DNA of 64,000 bases, taken from NCBI GenBank assembly GCA_041739845.1, contig JBGSMZ010000139.1, positions 19,559 through 83,558 on the forward strand, written 5' to 3'. The notes beneath the pieces are model-generated. The model was not told the DNA's origin, did no database searches, and saw nothing but the letters and a program-made list of their open reading frames with translations. Of the stretch, positions 39,848 through 48,337 are shown piece after piece. This DNA is from Myxococcaceae bacterium (GTDB lineage: Bacteria; Myxococcota; Myxococcia; Myxococcales; Myxococcaceae). A program made the position numbers and the translations under genes. Every line of letters begins with the position of its first letter. The stretch's first letter is position 1.

Positions 39848-39907
39848 CTGTGGAGAAAAAAGCTCCACAGGAAAAGCGTTTGAAATACGTAGTTATTTCA
39901 AACGCTT
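39848..39907. repeat. Two adjacent perfect inverted repeats in the tsaC-rsmG intergenic region
   Basis: IR1 is CTGTGGAG (39848-39855), 7 nt, then CTCCACAG (39863-39870). IR2 is AAGCGTTTGAAATA (39874-39887), 6 nt, then TATTTCAAACGCTT (39894-39907), with 14/14 complementary. IR2 is conspicuously AT-rich in GC-rich DNA. Confidence 0.7.
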
Positions 39908-39913
39908 ACAACT

Positions 39914-40588
39914 TTGCCAGTCGGACGCACCACTGTGGATAAATCACCGCAAGATCGGCTCGTCGAGGAGGCTGCTCTCGTCGGCGTTTCACTGCCTCCC
40001 GACGGCGCAGCGAAGCTCATCCAGTACGCAGAGCTCCTTTCCCGATGGAATCGCCGTATTCGCCTGACGGGAGCTCGCTCCACTGAAGCGATCCTCGGCG
40101 AGCACGTCCTCGACGCGCTCGCACTCGTGCCTGAATTGAAGGGCGCGGGCGACCTCCTGGACTTGGGATCCGGTGCGGGATTGCCGGGAATTCCCTTGGC
40201 CGTCGCACTGCCCCAGCTTCGCGTCCACCTCATCGACGCGATTGGGAAGAAGGTGGCCTTTCTCAAGTCCGCAATAGCTACCCTCTCTCTCGTGGGGAGA
40301 GTCCGCGCTTCCCAAATTCGCCTCCAGGGCAATCCCGGGAGCGAAGGTGTGGTTCCCGCCGGAACGGTAGTGGCGCGCGCTTTGCTCGGCCCTGAACCAT
40401 ATCTCCTGTTGGCCAAGCAATATGCCGCCCCACAAGGGCGCATCCTTTGCCTCTTGGGAACACTCCCGTCTAAGGAGATGCTCACGTCGCTTGGCGAGCG
40501 AAGCGGAGTTCCCTTTGTCGCGGTGCGAAACTACAGGCTTCCAAACCGTGTGGGGCCGCGAACGGTCGCAGTGTTCCGCAAACCTTGA
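39914..40588 (+). CDS. rsmG: 16S rRNA (guanine527-N7)-methyltransferase RsmG (GidB)
   Basis: LIQYAELLSRWNRRIRLTG...HVLDALALVP...LLDLGSGAGLPGIPLAVALP. The start is uncertain, either TTG 39914 or in-frame GTG 39935. Confidence 0.85.
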   Translation: MPVGRTTVDKSPQDRLVEEAALVGVSLPPDGAAKLIQYAELLSRWNRRIRLTGARSTEAILGEHVLDALALVPELKGAGDLLDLGSGAGLPGIPLAVALPQLRVHLIDAIGKKVAFLKSAIATLSLVGRVRASQIRLQGNPGSEGVVPAGTVVARALLGPEPYLLLAKQYAAPQGRILCLLGTLPSKEMLTSLGERSGVPFVAVRNYRLPNRVGPRTVAVFRKP

Positions 40589-40638
40589 ATCTTGGGGATT
40601 CCTTCCTCGCCGCTCCCTCCATCAGGTAGAAGCGATCT

Positions 40639-41442
40639 ATGGCAAGGATTCTCTGCGTATCAAACCAGAAAGGCGGCGTCGGCAAGACGACGACTGCGGT
40701 CAACCTCGCCGCCTCCCTCGCCTCTGCCGAACACAAGACCCTGCTCATCGACATGGATCCGCAAGGCAATGCGGGTTCAGGTCTCGGCATCGACCGCAAG
40801 TCAGTCCATGAAAGCATCTATGACGCACTCATCGGAAAACGCTCGTTAGCTGAATTGAAGCTGTCAACAGAGCTGCGCTTCTTGGAAGTCGTTCCTTCAT
40901 CAGCAAGTCTCACCGGAGCTGAATTAGAATTGATCGGCGAAGAGCGTCGCGAATTTCGCCTTCGCGAAGCCATCGCGGCTCTGAGCGAAGATTACGAATA
41001 CATCCTCATCGACTGCCCGCCTTCTCTTGGACTTCTGACGCTCAATGCTTTGACAGCATCCGATGCGGTTCTTATTCCTCTCCAATGCGAATATTACGCG
41101 ATGGAAGGGCTCGCCCAGTTGATGACGACCATCAAGCTCGTCCAAAAACGCTTGAACCCCGAGCTCACAGTGGAGGGCATCGTTCTTACGATGTTCGACC
41201 AGCGCGCCAACATCAGCCATCAAGTGGCACAAGAAGTTCAACGCGAATTTCCCCAGTTGGTCTTCTCGAACGTTGTTCCCCGCAACGTGCGCCTCGCGGA
41301 ATGCCCGAGCTTCGGCAAACCGGTGTTGCTCTATGACCTCCATTCTCGAGGTTCCGCGGCCTATTTGGGAGTTGCCAAGGAACTCGTTCGGCGCGGACGG
41401 AAGGCGCGTCGAACCTCTCGATTGACGTCCACCGCGTTCTAG
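40639..41442 (+). CDS. parA: Chromosome partitioning ATPase ParA (Soj)
   Basis: Deviant Walker A in ILCVSNQKGGVGKTTTAVNLAASLA, then YEYILIDCPPSLG and PRNVRLAECPSFGKP. Confidence 0.95.
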   Translation: MARILCVSNQKGGVGKTTTAVNLAASLASAEHKTLLIDMDPQGNAGSGLGIDRKSVHESIYDALIGKRSLAELKLSTELRFLEVVPSSASLTGAELELIGEERREFRLREAIAALSEDYEYILIDCPPSLGLLTLNALTASDAVLIPLQCEYYAMEGLAQLMTTIKLVQKRLNPELTVEGIVLTMFDQRANISHQVAQEVQREFPQLVFSNVVPRNVRLAECPSFGKPVLLYDLHSRGSAAYLGVAKELVRRGRKARRTSRLTSTAF

Positions 41443-41465
41443 GAGAATCCTTTCTTGGACGAACA

Positions 41466-42335
41466 ATGGCCAAGGTCGTGACCACCGCGCTGATGAGGAA
41501 ACCCGCACTCGGAAAGGGGCTCGGCGCGCTCATCGCCGAAGCGGACGAACCCAACGACGGGGTTGTCAAGTTGGCCGTCGATCAAGTCCATCCTGACGCC
41601 GCCAACCCGCGCAAGCACTTCGACGCCGAAACAATATCGGAACTTGCAGCATCGCTGGAAAGTCGAGGAATGCTGCAACCCATCGTCGTCCGTCGCGACG
41701 CCCGCGGCTATCGGATCGTGATGGGAGAGCGGCGATTTCGTGCTGCATGCCATCTTGGGTGGACGGAAGTACCGGTGCTCGTCAAGGAGGCCACCGACGA
41801 AGAGGCATTTCGCGACGCGCTCGTCGAAAACCTCCAACGCGAAGATTTGAATCCGTTGGAAGCAGCGGAGGCCTACAATTACCTGCTGGAAAAGCAAAAG
41901 CTCACCCAAGAACAAATCGCTTCGATCGTTGGAAAAAACCGGTCCTCGGTAGCCAACGCGCTCCGTTTGCTGATGTTGCCGAGCGAGGTCAAGGTGCTGC
42001 TCTCCAGCGGCAAGCTGGACATGGGCCACGCGCGCGCGCTCTTGAGCTTGAGCACGCCCGAAGAGATTATCGCGCTTGCGCGAGAAATTGCCGCGAAACG
42101 GCTTTCGGTGCGCGACACAGAAACACGGGTGAAGGGGCAGCGCTCCGGCGCTCTCCCGGCGAAGGCAAAAGGCGACGGATCGACACCCGAAGCGCGTCGC
42201 CTCGTCGAGGGTTTGCAGCGCCGCTTGGGTACGAAAGTGCGCCTCCGCCTACGCGGAGGCGGGCGCGGATCTCTTGAAGTGGACTTCCATTCCTATGATG
42301 ACCTTGAGCGCATCACTCAAATCATTGCGAGGTAG
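41466..42335 (+). CDS. parB: Chromosome partitioning protein ParB (Spo0J)
   Basis: GKGLGALI, NPRKHFD..ELAASLESRGMLQPIVVR, IVMGERRFRAA (GERR box), an HTH region, and SLEVDFHSYDDLERI C-terminus. Confidence 0.95.
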   Translation: MAKVVTTALMRKPALGKGLGALIAEADEPNDGVVKLAVDQVHPDAANPRKHFDAETISELAASLESRGMLQPIVVRRDARGYRIVMGERRFRAACHLGWTEVPVLVKEATDEEAFRDALVENLQREDLNPLEAAEAYNYLLEKQKLTQEQIASIVGKNRSSVANALRLLMLPSEVKVLLSSGKLDMGHARALLSLSTPEEIIALAREIAAKRLSVRDTETRVKGQRSGALPAKAKGDGSTPEARRLVEGLQRRLGTKVRLRLRGGGRGSLEVDFHSYDDLERITQIIAR

Positions 42336-42341
42336 CCAACG

Positions 42342-42776
42342 ATGGCATTCTTAAGCGGCGAAAAAAGACCTCTCGGCCTGGAGGCGGAGGGGAAGGAAGA
42401 GGCTTCCGTGGCGTCTCGGGTCGCTGAGGTCCGTACCCTGTTGGGAAAGGGAAGCGAGTTCGACGGGAAGCTCGCATTTGAAGGGCATCTGCGCATCGAC
42501 GGTCGCTTTAAGGGAAGCATTCGAACCAATGATGTCCTCATCATTGGCGAATCGGCGGAAGTCACCGCCGAAATAGAAGCGGGAACGGTGATTGTCAGCG
42601 GATCCTTTCAGGGAACCATCCGCGCCAAGCAGCTCGTCGAGCTCCACGCTCCCGCGCGCGTTCGCGGGACGATCGACAGCAATGCATTGACGATCGAGAA
42701 AGGCGTCCTCTTCGATGGAACTACCAAGATGTCCGAGGCTGACACGCCACATCCAGCAGCGTTGCCGGCGAAATGA
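42342..42776 (+). CDS. Bactofilin (DUF583) cytoskeletal protein
   Basis: Repetitive beta-helix core GSEFDGKLAFEGHLRIDGRFKGSIRTNDVLIIGESAEVTAEIEAGTVIVSGSFQGTIRAKQLVELHAPARVRGTIDSNALTIEKGVLFDG. It starts 6 nt after the parB stop. Confidence 0.85.
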   Translation: MAFLSGEKRPLGLEAEGKEEASVASRVAEVRTLLGKGSEFDGKLAFEGHLRIDGRFKGSIRTNDVLIIGESAEVTAEIEAGTVIVSGSFQGTIRAKQLVELHAPARVRGTIDSNALTIEKGVLFDGTTKMSEADTPHPAALPAK

Positions 42777-43198
42777 AGCGGTTGCTGCTCTTGGGCGCAC
42801 TGAGTGCGCTCGGGTGCCAGCGCAAGAATGCTCCGGAGATTCACAGTGGATTGCGCGTGCCCTTGCCAGACGGGTGGCACGCGAACCCTACCAGCGGAGG
42901 AATCGCCGTTGGGCCCTCGACGCGCGCAGTACTCCAGCTTGAACCCAACGGCCGACCGCTGCCGACCTTGGCGGCGCTGGTCTCGGCCATCGAACGCGAG
43001 AAGGCAGTGCTCTTGCTGCGCGAAGCAGGCGCGGGCTACGTAGGCGTCACCTACCGGCTACCCACCGGAGACGCGTTCCTGGGAGCCAAGCAGTTTCCAG
43101 GGCGCACCATCTGGTGTGCGACGAACGGAACCGCTTCCAACGACGAGGTGGCTCTCGCTCGGACCGTCTGCGCCAACGTCACCAGCGAAGCACCTTAA
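42773..43198 (+). CDS. Small putative lipoprotein
   Basis: MKRLLLLGALSALGC has a signal peptide with a lipobox-like ALGC. The ATG overlaps the bactofilin stop (ATGA). Confidence 0.55.
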   Translation: MKRLLLLGALSALGCQRKNAPEIHSGLRVPLPDGWHANPTSGGIAVGPSTRAVLQLEPNGRPLPTLAALVSAIEREKAVLLLREAGAGYVGVTYRLPTGDAFLGAKQFPGRTIWCATNGTASNDEVALARTVCANVTSEAP

Positions 43199-43210
43199 AT
43201 CGCAATCGAT

Positions 43211-43831
43211 TCAGGGCGCGTGGCTTGAAGTTGGCACGCGGTGCCGGACGGCCAGCGCCAAGCATGCAACCAAGAGCAGCGAGCCGACATGGCAAACGCC
43301 AACGTGCGCGAGCGACGTATCCGGGCACACCATCGTAAGGTGGACGATTCCTGCCGAGCCAGCCGCAAGGCCGGCGACAACTGCGCGTTCAGCGTGGGGA
43401 GCAAACCGGGAGAGCACCAGAATCCCAACGATCAGTGGGATCGCGGCGATCAAAAGCTCCATCGCGGCGCAGCCAACATTACCGATGGAGGTCGGAAGTC
43501 TGGAGCGATCGGCAGTGAGGGCGATCGCCAGCGCGCAAACAAGCGCCGCGCCGACGAGGGTCTTTCGAAGGATGGCTCCGCTCCCAGGCCGTATGGCGAC
43601 GATCGCCCCAAGGCTACTGACGAGAACCGCCAACGCCGCAACAGCGAAGCGGGTCCGGGATCCAATAAAGGCATCGGTATTGACGAGCGCCGCGCTCCCG
43701 ATGCCAGTGATCACTGCGCACACCGAAAAGAGAACTGCGTCACGCCACCAAGGTCGCGCAATGCCTTGCCGGCGCGCCTCCGCCATGACGCGCACCCGGA
43801 CTTGCGCGAGCGCGGGCGTCATGGCTCCCAC
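43211..43831 (-). CDS. Polytopic membrane anti-sigma factor, NrsF/DUF1109-like
   Basis: About 6 TMs immediately downstream of, and overlapping, an ECF sigma gene. It has a Cys/His-containing last segment (HLTMVCPDTSLAHVGVCHVG). The family assignment comes from topology and context, not from a search. Confidence 0.6.
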   Translation of the reverse strand: MGAMTPALAQVRVRVMAEARRQGIARPWWRDAVLFSVCAVITGIGSAALVNTDAFIGSRTRFAVAALAVLVSSLGAIVAIRPGSGAILRKTLVGAALVCALAIALTADRSRLPTSIGNVGCAAMELLIAAIPLIVGILVLSRFAPHAERAVVAGLAAGSAGIVHLTMVCPDTSLAHVGVCHVGSLLLVACLALAVRHRVPTSSHAP

Positions 43832-44445
43832 GCTCCTGCCAAAAGGCGCTTCAATTCCTTGATGCCGCGGTGCGCACGCACTTTGATGGCTGACTCGCTC
43901 AAACCAAACCCCTGTGCGATTTCGGCGTAGGACAGACCCTCAAATTTGGAGAGGACGATGGCCTCACGTTGAGCGTCGGGCAGCGCTTCGATCGCTGCCT
44001 GGATCTGTTTCCGAAGCCCGGGATCGGTCGGCAATTTCTGGTCCACGTCTTGCGTTGCTTCGAAGGCAGCGATGCCATCATCCCCGGAGAGGACTTCTGA
44101 ACGGTTCCGCCGCCGGAGATCTCTGCATGCATTAGTGGCAATGGCGTAGAGCCACGGTTGAAAGCGTGCCCCGTGTCGGAATCGACCACTCGAGCGCACC
44201 ACCGACAGGAATGTCGCTTGAACAACGTCGTCTGCGGACGCTTGGTTGCGAAGGAGTCGGCACGCCAGTCGTCGGATGCCTTGGGAATGCCTATCGAATA
44301 TGACCTCGAGAGGTCGTTGATTGCCCGCACAGTATTGCTCCATCAAAGCTTCGTCGTTTTCAAGTTCGACGCTTTCATTACGCTTTGATGGGGCCGCGGG
44401 TTTCAAGGGCGCAAAAATACACCCTACGGCTGGTCTTGGAAACAC
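43819..44445 (-). CDS. ECF-type RNA polymerase sigma factor
   Basis: Region 2 (ADDVVQATFLSVVRS...FQPWLYAIATNACRDLRRR) and region 4 (AIEALPDAQREAIVLSKFEGLSYAEIAQGFGLSESAIKVRAHRG). The start is uncertain: GTG 44445, TTG 44406 or ATG 44343. Confidence 0.85.
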   Translation of the reverse strand: MFPRPAVGCIFAPLKPAAPSKRNESVELENDEALMEQYCAGNQRPLEVIFDRHSQGIRRLACRLLRNQASADDVVQATFLSVVRSSGRFRHGARFQPWLYAIATNACRDLRRRNRSEVLSGDDGIAAFEATQDVDQKLPTDPGLRKQIQAAIEALPDAQREAIVLSKFEGLSYAEIAQGFGLSESAIKVRAHRGIKELKRLLAGAWEP

Positions 44446-44464
44446 CTAAGGTATCCGGCTTCGC

Positions 44465-45502
44465 TCAGGGCATGCCTTGTGGCGAGGCGGCCACTTCGAT
44501 GGTGGGTTTGACGACAACCTTTTCGCGCGCAACAAAGCGCCCCAGAGCTCTGACCGGTCGCTTTGAATTCAGGAACATCCCGAAGCGGCTTTCGACCTTC
44601 AAGCGTGCGCGCTCTGCTTCTGTGTACTTGGTGAAAGCGTACTTCGTTTGTTTCGCCGGAGTGCGAAGGTCCCAGACAAGTCCGAGCCAGGAGAGCACTT
44701 TGAGTGCGTAGTAGGTGAAGTCGACTTCCCACCAAAACCAGCCCTGGTTCGCGGTGTTCTGGTGAAAGTGGTGGTTATTATGCCAGCCTTCACCGCTGCA
44801 AACGACGGCCAGGAGAAAACTATTTCGGCTGGTGTCCGTCGTCAAATAGCGACGCTTCCCGAACATGTGCGTGAGCGAGTTGATGAAGAAAGTCGCATGC
44901 CAGCTCGCCACGGTTGGGATGAATCCGCCCCATACGAGCCACGGCAATCCGCCCACAAGGAAGAGTGCAACGAACGTCAGCGTCGGTGGAACGAGATGGA
45001 AACGGTTGAGAAAGCGCAGCTCGGGAAACCGTGCGAAATCACGGATTCCTTCGAACTTCGTTTCTACATAGCGATCCGAGAGTATCCATCCGACGTGACT
45101 ATACCAAAATCCCCGCCAGACCGGCGAATGGATATCCTCTTCGAAATCCGAGTACCGATGGTGGTGCCGGTGGTTCGCTGCCCACCACAAGACCCCTTTC
45201 TGCACTGAGCACTCCGCAAGGAACGCCAATACGAACTGGACCCCTCGACTCGTCTTGAAGGCACGGTGCGAAAAATACCGATGGTAGCCCGCAGTGACTG
45301 CGAACATCTGGAGATAGTAGCTCACCACCGCGAGGAGCAGGAGCTTCCAACTCACACCGGTAAAGTAGGCAAGTCCCACCGCAAGGTGCATTGCAAAAAA
45401 CGGGATACTGGCAACGAGATTGGGGCGATCCCGCGGCGCTGGACTCGCCGCCGGTGCCTCGGGCTGCGCTAATGAACTCTGGACTGTCTGCGACGTGGTC
45501 AT
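44465..45502 (-). CDS. Membrane acyl-CoA/acyl-lipid (delta-9-type) fatty acid desaturase
   Basis: Three His boxes: HRYFSHRAF, HRHHHRYSD and HNNHHFH. ATG at 45502 is preceded by AGGAG with a 4-nt spacer. The listed TTG 45529 start is less likely. Confidence 0.9.
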   Translation of the reverse strand: MTTSQTVQSSLAQPEAPAASPAPRDRPNLVASIPFFAMHLAVGLAYFTGVSWKLLLLAVVSYYLQMFAVTAGYHRYFSHRAFKTSRGVQFVLAFLAECSVQKGVLWWAANHRHHHRYSDFEEDIHSPVWRGFWYSHVGWILSDRYVETKFEGIRDFARFPELRFLNRFHLVPPTLTFVALFLVGGLPWLVWGGFIPTVASWHATFFINSLTHMFGKRRYLTTDTSRNSFLLAVVCSGEGWHNNHHFHQNTANQGWFWWEVDFTYYALKVLSWLGLVWDLRTPAKQTKYAFTKYTEAERARLKVESRFGMFLNSKRPVRALGRFVAREKVVVKPTIEVAASPQGMP

Positions 45503-45572
45503 TTTTCTCCTGAAGAAGTAACCACTCAAGCATGGGAGCGGTCATCGGAGTGTCACGAGGGCCAACTTCATC

Positions 45573-46613
45573 GTGCTGAGCGTGGGCTCCTATCCCTTGC
45601 GCAGCCGCTACATGCTGGCGCCGATGGCCGGCGTGAGCGAACAGCCGTTTCGCGTGCTGGCCTTTGAGATGGGAGCGGGACTCTGCCCTTCGGAGCTGGT
45701 GAGTGCGCAAGGGCTCTTTCGGCTCAGCGTGCGCACGCTGAATTACTTGCGCCATGATCCTCGAGTCGAACGCCCATTCTCACTCCAACTCTTCGGTGGT
45801 GAACCCGATGTGCTCGCGCGGGCAGCGGTGATCGCCAAGACCCATGGCGCGCAAATCATCGACATCAACATGGGCTGCCCGGTGAAGAAAGTGACCCGCG
45901 GCGGTTCCGGTTCGGCGCTGCTGTGCGACCCGCCGCGCGCGGCCGCTATCGTTCAATCCATTCGCGACGCGACTGGTCTGCCGGTGACCGCAAAGATCCG
46001 ATCCGGCTGGGATGACGCGAACAAGAATTACCTGCGCGTCGCTTCGGAACTCGTCCACGCGGGAGCTGTCGCGATCGCCTGCCATCCGCGGACGCGCGCG
46101 CAGGGGTACGCGGGGCGTGCGGATTGGCGCGTACTCGCGGACTTGAAACGCGAGCTAGGGACTTCCGCGCTCGTCATCGGCAATGGGGACGTCCAAACGC
46201 CGGCAGATGCGGCGCGCATGCTCGCCGAGACCGACTGTGACGCGGTGATGATCGGGCGCGGCGCCCTCGGCAATCCTTGGATATTTCGGCAACTCCATGG
46301 AGGCGCGGCGCCGAAGGTTCCAGAACGCTGGGCTCTCGTACTCCGGCACTTTCAAGACCACCTGGCTTTTCGTTGCCAGGAGCCAACACAGGCGCGCGCC
46401 GAAACGGCCGCAATCCATGCCTTTCGCAAGCATCTGGGCTGGTACTCGCACGGGCTCCCGGGCGCGGCACACTTCCGCGCATCAGTCACGACCCTCGAGA
46501 CAAAGGTCGCCGTCATTCAAGCCATCGATGCTTTTTTTGGCGGCCTTCCGGACGACTTGGAACCGCGAAGCGACACGCCAGCCGAGGTGGACTACCATAC
46601 GGCCCTCGGCTAG
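45573..46613 (+). CDS. dus: tRNA-dihydrouridine synthase
   Basis: LAPMAGVSEQPFR, IDINMGCPVKKV (catalytic Cys) and VTAKIRSGWD...HPRTRAQGYAGRADW. GTG start. Confidence 0.9.
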   Translation: MLSVGSYPLRSRYMLAPMAGVSEQPFRVLAFEMGAGLCPSELVSAQGLFRLSVRTLNYLRHDPRVERPFSLQLFGGEPDVLARAAVIAKTHGAQIIDINMGCPVKKVTRGGSGSALLCDPPRAAAIVQSIRDATGLPVTAKIRSGWDDANKNYLRVASELVHAGAVAIACHPRTRAQGYAGRADWRVLADLKRELGTSALVIGNGDVQTPADAARMLAETDCDAVMIGRGALGNPWIFRQLHGGAAPKVPERWALVLRHFQDHLAFRCQEPTQARAETAAIHAFRKHLGWYSHGLPGAAHFRASVTTLETKVAVIQAIDAFFGGLPDDLEPRSDTPAEVDYHTALG

Positions 46614-46669
46614 CCTTGCGTCGAACCCTACGCGGGCCGCTGCGCCAAGCGCGTCTTGCCTGAAAGTCG

Positions 46670-46698
46670 TTTGACACCTGGACGACACCACTTTAAAA
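46670..46698 (+). promoter_or_regulatory. Putative sigma70-type promoter upstream of the GT2 gene
   Basis: TTGACA (46670-46675), a 17-nt spacer, then TAAAAG (46693-46698), ~90 nt upstream of ATG 46791. Pattern match only. Confidence 0.3.
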
Positions 46699-46790
46699 GG
46701 TCTGGGAAGGCGCGCATGGGAGGCATTTCTGTTGTGTTTCCAGGAACTTGGGAAGGGAAGAGGATGGCGCCTCAATAAGGCGTCCTGTCA

Positions 46791-48284
46791 ATGAGCCCCT
46801 CTGAGTTCGTATTCCTAGCCGCTTATTTCGGTGTCCTTGGGATTCTGTCCATTTACGGATCTCATCGCTACCGCATGGCCTACCTCTATTATCGACACAA
46901 GTATAAGGTGCCGACTCCAGGGGCCCGCCTCGCAACCCTTCCACGAGTAACCGTCCAACTTCCACTATTCAACGAGAAGTACGTCGTGACGCGGCTCGTC
47001 GACGCCGTCTGTAACCTCTCCTACCCACGTGAGCTCCTGGAGATTCAAGTCCTCGACGATTCCACCGATGAGACGAAGGCGATCGCGAGCCAACTCGTCG
47101 ATGCCTGGGCCGCCAAGGGATTGCAGATTCATTATGTTCGGCGCGCCTCTCGCGTGGGATTCAAGGCCGGTGCGCTCGCCAATGGGCTCACCCTCGCAAC
47201 CGGCGAGTGCATTGCAGTATTCGACGCCGATTTTGTACCCGATCCAGATTTTCTTCACCGAACCATTCCCTTCTTTGCCGAATCCGAAGTCGGCATGGTG
47301 CAGGTGCGCTGGGGTCATTTGAATCGTGACTTCAACTTGTTGACGAAGGCCCAGAGCATTCTCCTCGACGGGCACTTTCTCATCGAGCACACGGCGCGAA
47401 ACCGCTCCGGTTGCTTCTTCAATTTCAATGGTACGGCAGGCATTTGGCGCCGCAGAGCAATTGAGGAAGCGGGAGGCTGGCAACACGACACGCTGACGGA
47501 GGATTTGGACCTTTCCTACCGAGCACAGCTCGTCGGATGGCGTTTCATCTTCCTGCCGGAGGTGGTGTCTCCAGCGGAAGTCCCCGTCGACATAAACGCT
47601 TTTAAATCCCAGCAGCACCGTTGGGCCAAAGGAAGCATTCAGACGGCAATGAAGCTGCTTCCTACCATATTGCGATCCCGGCTACCCTTTGCCGTCAAGC
47701 GCGAAGCATTCTTTCACCTCACCAACAATTTCGCCTACCTGCTCATGGTGGCGCTGTCCGTGATGATGCCCATCGCCATGGTGCTCCGATTCAACCATGA
47801 GATGTACGCAACCTTGCTCTTGGATTTGCCAATCTTCGTGGCGTCCACTGCGTCGGTTGCGTTCTTCTATGTGGCGACGGTGCGAGAGCTCGGACTCGGC
47901 TGGTGGGAACGCATCAAGTACCTCCCCTTCGTGATGAGCCTCGGTATCGGCATGGCGATCAACCAATGCAAAGCCGTGCTCGAGGCCCTTTTTTCTCGCG
48001 AATCAGAGTTTGCCCGGACGCCAAAAACGGGGGCTTTGGGAAAATCCGAGTCCACTGGCCAGGGAGCGTACCGTGGCAAGCGCAGCTGGGTGCCGATCAT
48101 CGAAATTGCTTTCGGCCTGTACTTCTCTTGGGCCGTGTACACGGCGTGCTCACTGAACCTTTGGGCCTCGCTCCCCTTTCTTGTCCTGTTTCAGTCGGGA
48201 TTCCTCTATGTGGGCATCTCAAGCTTCATCGGATACCGGGCGGCCGCGCCGGCACGAATTCGCAGCCAAACCGCGGCGTTCTAG
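46791..48284 (+). CDS. Family 2 membrane glycosyltransferase (processive, cellulose/CslA/hyaluronan-synthase-like)
   Basis: N-terminal TM, LDDSTDET, VFDADFVP (DxD), TEDLDLS and QQHRWAKG (QxxRW), plus about 4 C-terminal TMs. Confidence 0.85.
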   Translation: MSPSEFVFLAAYFGVLGILSIYGSHRYRMAYLYYRHKYKVPTPGARLATLPRVTVQLPLFNEKYVVTRLVDAVCNLSYPRELLEIQVLDDSTDETKAIASQLVDAWAAKGLQIHYVRRASRVGFKAGALANGLTLATGECIAVFDADFVPDPDFLHRTIPFFAESEVGMVQVRWGHLNRDFNLLTKAQSILLDGHFLIEHTARNRSGCFFNFNGTAGIWRRRAIEEAGGWQHDTLTEDLDLSYRAQLVGWRFIFLPEVVSPAEVPVDINAFKSQQHRWAKGSIQTAMKLLPTILRSRLPFAVKREAFFHLTNNFAYLLMVALSVMMPIAMVLRFNHEMYATLLLDLPIFVASTASVAFFYVATVRELGLGWWERIKYLPFVMSLGIGMAINQCKAVLEALFSRESEFARTPKTGALGKSESTGQGAYRGKRSWVPIIEIAFGLYFSWAVYTACSLNLWASLPFLVLFQSGFLYVGISSFIGYRAAAPARIRSQTAAF

Positions 48285-48337
48285 TTCTTCGGAGTTCGCT
48301 TCAGAGGGACGCGCTTGAGCCTGCCGTCCGAGGTCGC

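Noticed and set aside
39727-39950. Calling this intergenic region oriC.
   Set aside because: There is only one perfect and one 8/9 DnaA box. A perfect 9-mer is expected about 0.5 times by chance in 64 kb on both strands. There is no dnaA/dnaN nearby, no clear AT-rich DUE repeats, and GC skew cannot be computed reliably by eye. It is kept as a finding about the palindromes only.
46614-46790. Possible riboswitch (e.g. c-di-GMP GEMM) or small RNA in the 177-nt leader of the GT2 gene.
   Set aside because: I could not identify conserved GEMM or other riboswitch core sequences. Only a promoter-like hexamer pair is reported, at low confidence.
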